In this document: positions 37,095 through 45,001 of the stretch, one piece after another
Layout of the letters: the number at the start of each line of letters is the position of its first letter
How positions within the stretch are numbered: position 1 is the first letter of the stretch
Notes under the pieces: generated by a model
Databases searched by the model: none
Told to the model about the DNA's origin: nothing
What the model saw: the letters and a program-made list of their open reading frames with translations, nothing else
Program-made: the position numbers and the translations under genes
Origin: Chitinophagales bacterium
GTDB taxonomy: Bacteria; Bacteroidota; Bacteroidia; Chitinophagales; BACL12
Direction: 5' to 3'
Assembly: GCA_046160675.1 (NCBI GenBank)
Contig: JBJXHH010000004.1
Span: forward strand, 1 to 62,351
DNA: 62,351 bases

Positions 37095-39098
37095 ATGAAC
37101 GCATTTCAGCAAGAAATTTTGCAAGGTATCCCTGAAGATTTACCGGCATCAAAAAGTTATGACACTTCGATAAATCATGCGCCGAAAAGAAAAGATATTT
37201 TGAACAAGGAAGAAAAAATTCTTGCAATAAAAAACGCCCTCCGGTACTTTCCTAAAAAATTTCATTCAATCCTGGCAAGAGAATTTGCTGATGAATTAAA
37301 AACTTACGGAAGAATTTACATGTATCGCTTTCGTCCCGAGTATGAAATAAAAGCAAGGAGTTTTTCTGATTACCCACATCAAAGTAAGCAAGCTGCATGT
37401 ATTATGCTCATGCTGCAAAACAATTTAGATCATGCTGTAGCCCAGCATCCGCATGAATTAATCACCTACGGAGGCAATGGTGCAGTATTTCAAAATTGGG
37501 CGCAGTATCTTATCACAATGCATTACCTCGCAACCATGACGGATGAACAAACATTAGTACTTTATTCAGGCCATCCGCTTGGGTTGTTTCCTTCACATAA
37601 AAATGCCCCCAGGGTTGTTGTAACAAATGGGATGATGATACCTAACTATTCAAAACCCGATGACTGGGAAAAATTTAATGCGCTTGGAGTTACTCAATAT
37701 GGGCAAATGACAGCAGGTTCATTTATGTATATCGGACCGCAGGGCATTGTGCACGGAACAAATATCACTGTATTGAATGCAGCAAGGAAAATTGATAAAG
37801 CCGCAAAAGATTGTTCGGGAAAAATATTTGTAACCGCAGGATTGGGTGGTATGAGCGGTGCTCAACCAAAAGCAACTGTGATTGCAAAAGGTATCTGCGT
37901 TGTGGCAGAAGTGAATGATGCCGCAACAAATAAAAGACATGTACAGGGTTGGGTGGATGAGGTGTTTGAAGATTTGAATATATTGCTTGAAAGAATGTTG
38001 CTTGCAAAAAAAAACAAAGAAGCCGTTTCTCTTGCTTATAAAGGAAATATTGTTGACTTGCTGGAATTTCTTGCAGAAAAAAATATTAAAATAGAAATAG
38101 GTAGTGATCAAACATCATTGCACAATCCTTTTGCCGGCGGCTATTACCCTGTTGGTTTAAGTTATGAAGAAAGTAAAAAAATGATGGCTGAACAGCCAGA
38201 ATTATTTAAAGAAAAAGTATATACCAGTTTGCGCCGTCATGTTGCAGCCATCAATACACTTGTAGAAAACGGGATGTACTTTTTTGATTACGGAAATGCG
38301 TTTTTACTGGAAGCTGCAAGGGCCGGTGCAAAAATTCTAGATGATAAAAAAGATTTTATCTATAAAAGCTATGTGCAGGATATTTTAGGTCCAATGTGTT
38401 TTGATTACGGCTTTGGGCCGTTTCGCTGGGTGTGCTGCAGCAATGATGAAAAAGATTTAAGAGTCACAGATGAAATTGCTGCAAATATTTTGGAAGAAAT
38501 ATATGCAACAGCTCCTGATGAAATTAAATTGCAGTTATCGGATAATATCAACTGGATAAAATCTGCGATGGAAAATAAAATGGTAGTTGGCAGCCAGGCG
38601 AGAATATTATATGCTGATGCGGAAGGAAGAATGAAAATTGCAAAAGCATTTAATGATGCGATTAAATCCGGAAAAATTTCTGCGCCTGTTGTGTTGGGCA
38701 GAGATCATCATGATGTAAGCGGAACCGATTCGCCCTACAGGGAAACAAGTAACATCTATGATGGCAGCAAATTCACTGCAGACATGGCGATACACAATGT
38801 CATTGGCGACAGCTTCCGTGGCGCTACATGGGTGAGCATTCACAACGGTGGTGGAGTTGGCTGGGGCGAAGTAATTAACGGGGGTTTCGGGATGGTGCTA
38901 GATGGAAGTGACGATGCAGAAAATAATTTGACTCAAATGTTATTCTGGGATGTAAATAATGGAATAGCAAGAAGAAGTTGGGCAAGAAATGAAGAAGCCA
39001 TTTTTGCTATAAAAAGAGAAATGGAAAGAACAAAAAATTTAAAAGTGACTTTGCCAGAGATGGTGGATGATAAAATTGTGAGAGAATCAATAATGTAA
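37095..39098 (+). CDS. hutU: urocanate hydratase (long form)
   Basis: Urocanase-like sequence throughout (GGMSGAQPKA, GSDQTSLHNP, VLGRDHHDVSGTDSP). ATG 37095 is chosen because the listed TTG 37053 lies inside the promoter box 37048-37055. Confidence 0.9.
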   Translation: MNAFQQEILQGIPEDLPASKSYDTSINHAPKRKDILNKEEKILAIKNALRYFPKKFHSILAREFADELKTYGRIYMYRFRPEYEIKARSFSDYPHQSKQAACIMLMLQNNLDHAVAQHPHELITYGGNGAVFQNWAQYLITMHYLATMTDEQTLVLYSGHPLGLFPSHKNAPRVVVTNGMMIPNYSKPDDWEKFNALGVTQYGQMTAGSFMYIGPQGIVHGTNITVLNAARKIDKAAKDCSGKIFVTAGLGGMSGAQPKATVIAKGICVVAEVNDAATNKRHVQGWVDEVFEDLNILLERMLLAKKNKEAVSLAYKGNIVDLLEFLAEKNIKIEIGSDQTSLHNPFAGGYYPVGLSYEESKKMMAEQPELFKEKVYTSLRRHVAAINTLVENGMYFFDYGNAFLLEAARAGAKILDDKKDFIYKSYVQDILGPMCFDYGFGPFRWVCCSNDEKDLRVTDEIAANILEEIYATAPDEIKLQLSDNINWIKSAMENKMVVGSQARILYADAEGRMKIAKAFNDAIKSGKISAPVVLGRDHHDVSGTDSPYRETSNIYDGSKFTADMAIHNVIGDSFRGATWVSIHNGGGVGWGEVINGGFGMVLDGSDDAENNLTQMLFWDVNNGIARRSWARNEEAIFAIKREMERTKNLKVTLPEMVDDKIVRESIM

Positions 39099-39100
39099 GA

Positions 39101-39274
39101 TCATTGTTTCTTATCTTTTGTATTTATTCGCCCTGCTTTTTTCAATGCATCATTTAAAAGAAACTCAATCTGTCCGTTTACACTGCGAAAATCATCCGCC
39201 GCCCATTTTTCAACGGCTTTTAAAATATCGGGAGATATTCTCAGTACAAATGGCTTCTTATTTTCCTTTGGCAC
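39101..39274 (-). CDS. Arc/MetJ-type ribbon-helix-helix DNA-binding protein (57 aa, absent from the ORF track)
   Basis: My own translation of the minus strand gives (GTG)MPKENKKPFVLRISPDILKAVEKWAADDFRSVNGQIEFLLNDALKKAGRINTKDKKQ*. It has a beta-strand plus two-helix RHH layout. The GTG start overlaps the upstream TAG stop (TAGTG). Confidence 0.7.
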   Translation of the reverse strand: MPKENKKPFVLRISPDILKAVEKWAADDFRSVNGQIEFLLNDALKKAGRINTKDKKQ

Positions 39275-39786
39275 TATTTAATTTCTTTTTCTGCAATATA
39301 TTTTCTCAAAAAACTTTGCATCATTTCCGTATTGGCAATGCTGAATACTTTTCTCCTGCCATCATTCAATATAAATTCCACTTGGTCGTTCGTATGCATA
39401 ATATAGCCTGTTTTGCGTTTGAAAATTGCTATGCGGTAACCAAAGCCCCCTAACTCGCTGAAGAGTTTTGTTTTCTTTATTTGCCAGCTTACTATAGTAT
39501 TAAAATCAATTACTTTTCTCTTTGGTAATATTGGAAAATACCTGTATCCGAAACCTTCCTTACTCACATCAGTTTCAAGTTTCGTTCGAAAGATCAAAAG
39601 AAAAGCAAGAGTAAATGCCATCAAAACAAAAAGCGGAACAAGGATTGTCATGTATATATCCTGCCCCTCTTTCACCATCTCATACACAAAAAAACTCATC
39701 CCAAGAATTACTACTGCTGAACTAAATAAAACCAACCCAAGTAAGAGCGGGCTTTTTATTCTTTGTTCTTCCTTGTACTCCATCAT
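39274..39786 (-). CDS. membrane protein of unknown function (2 TM helices plus ~100 aa soluble C-terminal domain, possibly PH-like)
   Basis: Hydrophobic helices LLLGLVLFSSAVVILGMSFFVY and MTILVPLFVLMAFTLAFLLIF. Start taken at ATG 39786, 7 nt after the SPFH stop. The listed start 39816 would overlap the SPFH gene by 23 nt. Confidence 0.7.
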   Translation of the reverse strand: MMEYKEEQRIKSPLLLGLVLFSSAVVILGMSFFVYEMVKEGQDIYMTILVPLFVLMAFTLAFLLIFRTKLETDVSKEGFGYRYFPILPKRKVIDFNTIVSWQIKKTKLFSELGGFGYRIAIFKRKTGYIMHTNDQVEFILNDGRRKVFSIANTEMMQSFLRKYIAEKEIK

Positions 39787-39793
39787 AAAAATT

Positions 39794-40648
39794 CTAATTA
39801 TATAATGTGCCTGCATTCACAACAGGATTTACAGCCTTATCTCCACACAGCACAACCAATAAATTACTCACCATCGCAGCTTTCTTTTCATCATCAAGAT
39901 CTACAATATTTTCTGCTGATAATTTATTTAAGGCAAGTTGCACCATGCCCACAGCCCCTTCTACAATTTTAGTTCTTGCTGCAACAACAGCAGTTGCCTG
40001 TTGTCTTTGTAACATGGCATGTGCAATTTCTTCAGCATAGGCAAGATGTGTAATTCTCGCTTCTATAATACGCACTCCTGCAAGCATTAAACGATCCTTT
40101 AACTCATTAACAAGCACATCATTTATATGCTCCCCTCCACCCCTTAGTGTTATTTCTTTTGTTTCATCATCACCAAAATGATCGTAGGAATAAGAACCCG
40201 CAAGATGTCGAACGGCTGTATCACTTTGTAGTTTTACATATAATTCATAATTCTCCACTTCAAATTTTGCTTTAGCAGAATCTTCTACCTGCCATATGAT
40301 TACTGTTCCTATAATGATAGGATTTCCCAGCCTGTCATTTACTTTTATTTTATCCCCCTCCAGGGTTCGGGCTTTCAAAGATATTTTGGCTGCCGAATAA
40401 AAGGGATTTGCCCAAAAAAACCCATTATCTCTTACTGTGCCGATGTACTTTCCAAAAAGAACAAGCACTTTGCTGTCGTTCGGGTTTACGATAAAAAACC
40501 CGAGCAATACAAAAAATACAATTATGAAAAGAAGACTCCACAAGGGGTGCTCAAAGCTGACCAGGTATCCAACTCCGGCCAGGGATAGAAAAAAAATGAA
40601 CAGCATCAGGTATCCTGAGGCGGGTTTAACATTTTTGTCGGTTATCAT
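39794..40648 (-). CDS. SPFH/band 7 (stomatin/prohibitin-like) domain membrane protein
   Basis: Two N-terminal TM helices followed by an SPFH-like core (VLVLFGKY...; RIIEARITHLAYAEEIAHAMLQRQQA...). Confidence 0.9.
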   Translation of the reverse strand: MITDKNVKPASGYLMLFIFFLSLAGVGYLVSFEHPLWSLLFIIVFFVLLGFFIVNPNDSKVLVLFGKYIGTVRDNGFFWANPFYSAAKISLKARTLEGDKIKVNDRLGNPIIIGTVIIWQVEDSAKAKFEVENYELYVKLQSDTAVRHLAGSYSYDHFGDDETKEITLRGGGEHINDVLVNELKDRLMLAGVRIIEARITHLAYAEEIAHAMLQRQQATAVVAARTKIVEGAVGMVQLALNKLSAENIVDLDDEKKAAMVSNLLVVLCGDKAVNPVVNAGTLYN

Positions 40649-40665
40649 ATGTTTGTAATTTTAAT

Positions 40666-40703
40666 GATATTATTTTGATATCATAAAGATATAATAATGA
40701 TTT
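40666..40703. promoter_or_regulatory. four GAT(A/T)T repeats phased at exactly 11 bp upstream of the SPFH operon (candidate RHH operator array)
   Basis: GATAT at 40666, 40677 and 40688, and GATTT at 40699. Also an ATGATAT-N7-ATATCAT inverted repeat at 40664-40684. Lies 18-55 nt upstream of ATG 40648. Confidence 0.4.
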
Positions 40704-40798
40704 TTACATTTCCAAATTCAAAGACGGTTTTTTTTCTGGAAAAAATGAAATCCGGAGCAAGTCGTCATTCATAGTATCTTAGAACCAAAATTGATCAA

Positions 40799-41773
40799 AT
40801 GAAATACTTTCTAACCGGGGCAACGGGTTTCCTCGGAGGTGTAATGGCAAGGAAACTCCTTGAAAAAAACCATGAAGTTGTGGCATTAGTACGCAACCCC
40901 GATAATGCAAAAACCTTAATTGACTTGGGTGCAACTGTAATACAGGGAGATGTGACTGAAAAAGAAAGTATGCGGGATGCAATGAAAAATTGCGATGGTG
41001 TTTTTCATGTTGCGGCATGGTATAAGGTGGGTGTTCGGGATAAAAGCCCGGGTTATAAAATAAATGTTGAAGGAACAAGAAATGTTCTTGAGTTAATGAA
41101 AGAACTCAATATTAAAAAAGGAGTTTATACCAGTACACTTGCTATTAATTCAAATACACATGGAAAACTGATGGATGAAAGTTACCATTACAACGGTAAT
41201 CATCTTAGTGAATATGACAGAACTAAAGCGCTAGCGCATGAAGTTGCGAAGCAATTTATAAAAGAGGGTTTGCCATTAGTGATTGTTATGCCGGGTTTAA
41301 TTTACGGGCCTGACGGAACAAGCTTAACTGATGAGGCGTTGCGGCTATACTTAAAAAAGAAGTTACCAATGATCTCCTCAGGCGCAATGTATTGCTGGGC
41401 ACATGTAGAAGACGTTGCTGAAGGACACCTTCTGGCAATGGAAAAAGCGCCGACAGGTTCTACATATATTATATGCGGCCCATCACACTCAATTAAAGAG
41501 GCATTTACAATTGCTCATAAAATTACAGGTATAAGAAAACCCATTCCGATTCCACCGTGGATGCTGAAAATGACAGCAGCGATGGTGAAACCAATTGAGT
41601 TAGTTTTCACTATGCCTGAGATGTATGCAAGTGAAACACTTTTCGTAAGCTCAGATATAACTTATCTTGGTGATAATGGGAAAGCAAAAAAAGAACTGGA
41701 TTATAACCCGAGGCCGCTGGAAGAAGGTTTGAAACAAACCCTGGAGTATGAGCTGCAAAAAATGAAAAAATAA
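40799..41773 (+). CDS. NAD-dependent epimerase/dehydratase family SDR (dihydroflavonol reductase-like)
   Basis: Rossmann motif LTGATGFLGG. SDR catalytic Y-x-x-x-K candidate (YDRTK). Confidence 0.85.
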   Translation: MKYFLTGATGFLGGVMARKLLEKNHEVVALVRNPDNAKTLIDLGATVIQGDVTEKESMRDAMKNCDGVFHVAAWYKVGVRDKSPGYKINVEGTRNVLELMKELNIKKGVYTSTLAINSNTHGKLMDESYHYNGNHLSEYDRTKALAHEVAKQFIKEGLPLVIVMPGLIYGPDGTSLTDEALRLYLKKKLPMISSGAMYCWAHVEDVAEGHLLAMEKAPTGSTYIICGPSHSIKEAFTIAHKITGIRKPIPIPPWMLKMTAAMVKPIELVFTMPEMYASETLFVSSDITYLGDNGKAKKELDYNPRPLEEGLKQTLEYELQKMKK

Positions 41774-42571
41774 TCAGAGTTTTATTTCAAACTCATCCCT
41801 GTCATCTAAAAAGGGAAGCTTTCTTCTTGTTGCTATTAAATCCTGTTTTGAGAGGCTTATTGTTTGAACACATTCCTCTTTTTCAACTTCAAAAAGAATT
41901 TCACCCATTGCATTTATTACACAACTGTTACCTGTATGATAAAAGCCATTTCCATCAATTCCCACTCTGTTAACACCAACTACATAACATTGATTTTCAA
42001 TCGCTCTTGCTATCAATAATTGCCTCCAGGCATAAACTCTTTTTTCGGGCCAGTTGGCAACGTAAATCAAAACATCGTAAGGATGGTTTCCCATTTCAGT
42101 AAATGGAGATGATTGCCTTGCCCAGATTGGAAAACGTAAATCATAACAGATTAATGGAAGTATTTTCCAACTATCAATCTCCGGGAATATCTTCATTTCT
42201 CCGGGCGAGTAATGCTTGTGTTCCTCTCCCAAAGAAAAGAGGTGACGCTTATCATAAAATTCAAATTCTCCGTCAGGCTGTATCCAAAGGAGCCTGTTGT
42301 AATATTTATTTTTATCTTCAATGATCAAACTTCCTGTTATGACGCAGTTTTTCTCCTGCGATATATTTTGCATCCATTCTATAGATGTCCCCCACATGTT
42401 TTCAGCAAGTGGTTTGTTGTTCATGCTAAATCCGGTAGAAAACATCTCAGGAAGAATGATGAGGTCTGTTTCAGAAACATCCTTTAGTAGCTCAGAAAAA
42501 TGAGAAAGGTTTTTTTCTTTCTCCTCCCAGGCCAAATCTGCCTGTACTATCGTAATTTTCAAATCTTGCAT
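41774..42571 (-). CDS. carbon-nitrogen hydrolase, YafV-type omega-amidase (2-oxoglutaramate amidase)
   Basis: Closely parallels E. coli YafV as I recall it (LPEMFSTGF, FYDKRHLF, LPLICYDLRFP, YVANWP, ARAIENQCYVVGVNRVG). Glu-Lys-Cys triad context. Confidence 0.88.
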   Translation of the reverse strand: MQDLKITIVQADLAWEEKEKNLSHFSELLKDVSETDLIILPEMFSTGFSMNNKPLAENMWGTSIEWMQNISQEKNCVITGSLIIEDKNKYYNRLLWIQPDGEFEFYDKRHLFSLGEEHKHYSPGEMKIFPEIDSWKILPLICYDLRFPIWARQSSPFTEMGNHPYDVLIYVANWPEKRVYAWRQLLIARAIENQCYVVGVNRVGIDGNGFYHTGNSCVINAMGEILFEVEKEECVQTISLSKQDLIATRRKLPFLDDRDEFEIKL

Positions 42572-43701
42572 AAAATTTCTGCTGCTTGTTGAAGTGTTTC
42601 CCCAGTTTTAGCAAAACAAAATCTCAATAATTTATTCTGCGGTGGCGTTTTATAAAAAGGCGTCAACGGGATGCTTGCCACTTTATGTTGTATTGTTAAC
42701 TCATCAGCAAAATCAATATCGTTTTTATCTGAAATGTTTGCGTAATCCAGTAATTGAAAATAGGTTCCTTTTGCCGGTGTAAATGTAAACCGAGAGGTTT
42801 TTATGAGCTCTAAGAACATATCCCTTTTTTGCTCATAAAATTCATGTACATGCAGGTATTCATTTTTATCTTGCATAAAATCAGCCAATGCATATTGAAT
42901 TGGGGTATTGCTTGAAAACACAAGAAACTGATGTACACTGCGGAATTCTTTCATCAAATATTGTGGCGCAAGAACATATCCCATTTTCCATCCTGTATTG
43001 TGATATGTTTTTCCAAAAGAATATATAATCAAACTTCGTTCAACCAGTTTGGGGTGCAGTAAAATACTTTCATGCCTAGCTTCATCAAAGATGATATGTT
43101 CATATACTTCATCACTCAGAATGATTATGTCAGTAGAGGAAACAATTTTTTCGAGTTGTTGAAGATCTTTTTTACTCAGAACACTCCCAGTAGGATTATG
43201 TGGGGTATTCAGTATTATCATCTTTGTTTTGCTGTTGATCGATTTTTTTACAAGTTCCCAGTCTATTGAAAAATCCGGAGCTAGTAAATTAATCGCAAAG
43301 GGAATAGCGCCATGGATTTTTACTGTTGGGGCATAACAATCATAGGCGGGTTCAAAAAGTATTACTTCATCCCCCTCATGTACTAATGCGGCGATTGCTG
43401 TATAGATTGCTTGTGTGGCGCCGCTTGTGATAGTTATATCTGTATCGGGATGATACTGAATGTCATAAATGTTATAATACTTTTCAGCTATGCGTTCCCT
43501 TAGTTGTATAAGGCCTGGCATCGGAGCATATTGGTTCATGCCTTTCTTCATATATTGATGTACCAGGTCAATGAGACTTTTAGAAGATGGGAAATTCGGG
43601 AAACCCTGAGCAAGGTTGATGGCGCCATGTTCATTTGCCAATGCCGTCATTTTTGTGAAAATACTTACTCCAACATTTGGGAGTTTTGATTTTACCTGCA
43701 T
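42559..43701 (-). CDS. PLP-dependent aminotransferase, YbdL-type methionine/glutamine aminotransferase
   Basis: SKLPNVGVSIFTKMTALANEHGAINLAQGFPNF...NQYAPMPG parallels E. coli YbdL. PLP-lysine context SFGKTY. Its 3' end overlaps the omega-amidase start by 13 nt. Confidence 0.88.
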   Translation of the reverse strand: MQVKSKLPNVGVSIFTKMTALANEHGAINLAQGFPNFPSSKSLIDLVHQYMKKGMNQYAPMPGLIQLRERIAEKYYNIYDIQYHPDTDITITSGATQAIYTAIAALVHEGDEVILFEPAYDCYAPTVKIHGAIPFAINLLAPDFSIDWELVKKSINSKTKMIILNTPHNPTGSVLSKKDLQQLEKIVSSTDIIILSDEVYEHIIFDEARHESILLHPKLVERSLIIYSFGKTYHNTGWKMGYVLAPQYLMKEFRSVHQFLVFSSNTPIQYALADFMQDKNEYLHVHEFYEQKRDMFLELIKTSRFTFTPAKGTYFQLLDYANISDKNDIDFADELTIQHKVASIPLTPFYKTPPQNKLLRFCFAKTGETLQQAAEILCKI

Positions 43702-43751
43702 GAATTGTAAATATAATGCAGTATTCTAAAAAAGTATTTTTAATGTAGAAT

Positions 43752-44831
43752 TTATAAATACCCTTCCATTCCTTTCATTTTAACATCAGCAGTAATTTCT
43801 TTTATCTGTTGTTCATTTTCTTTTTTGCATATGAGCAATACATCTCCTGTATCAACAACAATGAAATCATTCAGTCCCTCCAGCACAACCAATTTATCAT
43901 CGGGTGTCATCACCATGCAGTTAGTCGCATCATAGATCATAACTTTTTTGCCTTTTACAGCATTGCCCAGGTAATCTTTTTCATAATTCACCCAAAGGCT
44001 GGCCCAGGTCCCTAAGTCACTCCAACCGAAAGCCGAAGGAATTACATATGCATTATGCGCCTTTTCCATTACTCCGTAATCAATGGAAATATTCGTACAA
44101 CGACTGTACACTTTTTCTATGGCTTTTTTTTCTTTTTCAGTATTGAATGATTTTCTTGCTTCCCAGAAAAGCTGGTTCATTTCCTGCAGGTGTTCATCAA
44201 GTGCTTGAATGATTGCATTGGTATTCCAGATAAAAATACCTGCATTCCAAAGAAATTCCCCGCTGCTCATAAATGTTCTCGCCAGTTCAAAATCAGGTTT
44301 TTCGGTAAATGTTTTTACTTTATGAACCCCGTCAGCTACTTCTGTATCATTAAACTGAATATATCCGTAGCCGGTATCTGGCCTTGTCGGCTTAATGCCC
44401 AGAGTAACAAGGTCATTATGCGTTTCCGTGTATGAAATTGCCTTTAGAATTACTTCAAAGAATTTATTTTCATTTAAAATTAAGTGGTCGCTTGGGGCTA
44501 TGATTACATTCGCCTTTGCATCAATTCCTGCAATCTTATGACTGACATAAGCTATACAGGGCGCCGTGTTTCGGCGCATAGGCTCAGCCAAAATCCTGTC
44601 TTTCCTGATTCCCGGAAGTTGCTTTTCAATTTCTTCTATATACTGTTCTCCAGTAACGATAAAAATGTTATCTTTGGCAACTATTTTTAAAAACCTGTCG
44701 AAGGTGCTTTGGATAAGAGTTTTGCCGCTGTTTAGGATATCTAGGAATTGTTTCGGTTTCTTCACCCTGCTTTCAGGCCAAAACCTGCTCCCAATGCCCC
44801 CGGCCATTATAGCAACATAAATATTTTTCAT
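43752..44831 (-). CDS. manC: mannose-1-phosphate guanylyltransferase (short form, no isomerase domain)
   Basis: N-terminal VAIMAGGIGSRFWPESRVKKPKQFL, plus the ManC-like middle region GYGYIQ. Confidence 0.85.
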   Translation of the reverse strand: MKNIYVAIMAGGIGSRFWPESRVKKPKQFLDILNSGKTLIQSTFDRFLKIVAKDNIFIVTGEQYIEEIEKQLPGIRKDRILAEPMRRNTAPCIAYVSHKIAGIDAKANVIIAPSDHLILNENKFFEVILKAISYTETHNDLVTLGIKPTRPDTGYGYIQFNDTEVADGVHKVKTFTEKPDFELARTFMSSGEFLWNAGIFIWNTNAIIQALDEHLQEMNQLFWEARKSFNTEKEKKAIEKVYSRCTNISIDYGVMEKAHNAYVIPSAFGWSDLGTWASLWVNYEKDYLGNAVKGKKVMIYDATNCMVMTPDDKLVVLEGLNDFIVVDTGDVLLICKKENEQQIKEITADVKMKGMEGYL

Positions 44832-45001
44832 TATCGCCGATGAATTAACTTCTACAATTTTTTATTAAAGAAAATCTTTTTATATTTATCATTCATTTAA
44901 GTAAATCTATTTGCACTGCACATGTATGATGTTTGATTGCGGGGCGAAGTTGTAAAAATCATTTGAAAATAACAGCATAGTACTATAAAAATTTAACGAA
45001 T

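Noticed and set aside
36973-37227. A minus-strand 84-aa ORF across the hutU promoter and start.
   Set aside because: It overlaps the hutU 5' end and promoter, and shows no recognisable features.
39118-39453. A plus-strand 111-aa ORF in the track.
   Set aside because: It is completely covered by two better-supported minus-strand genes (the RHH ORF and the 2-TM protein) that are translationally coupled. Its sequence is low-information.
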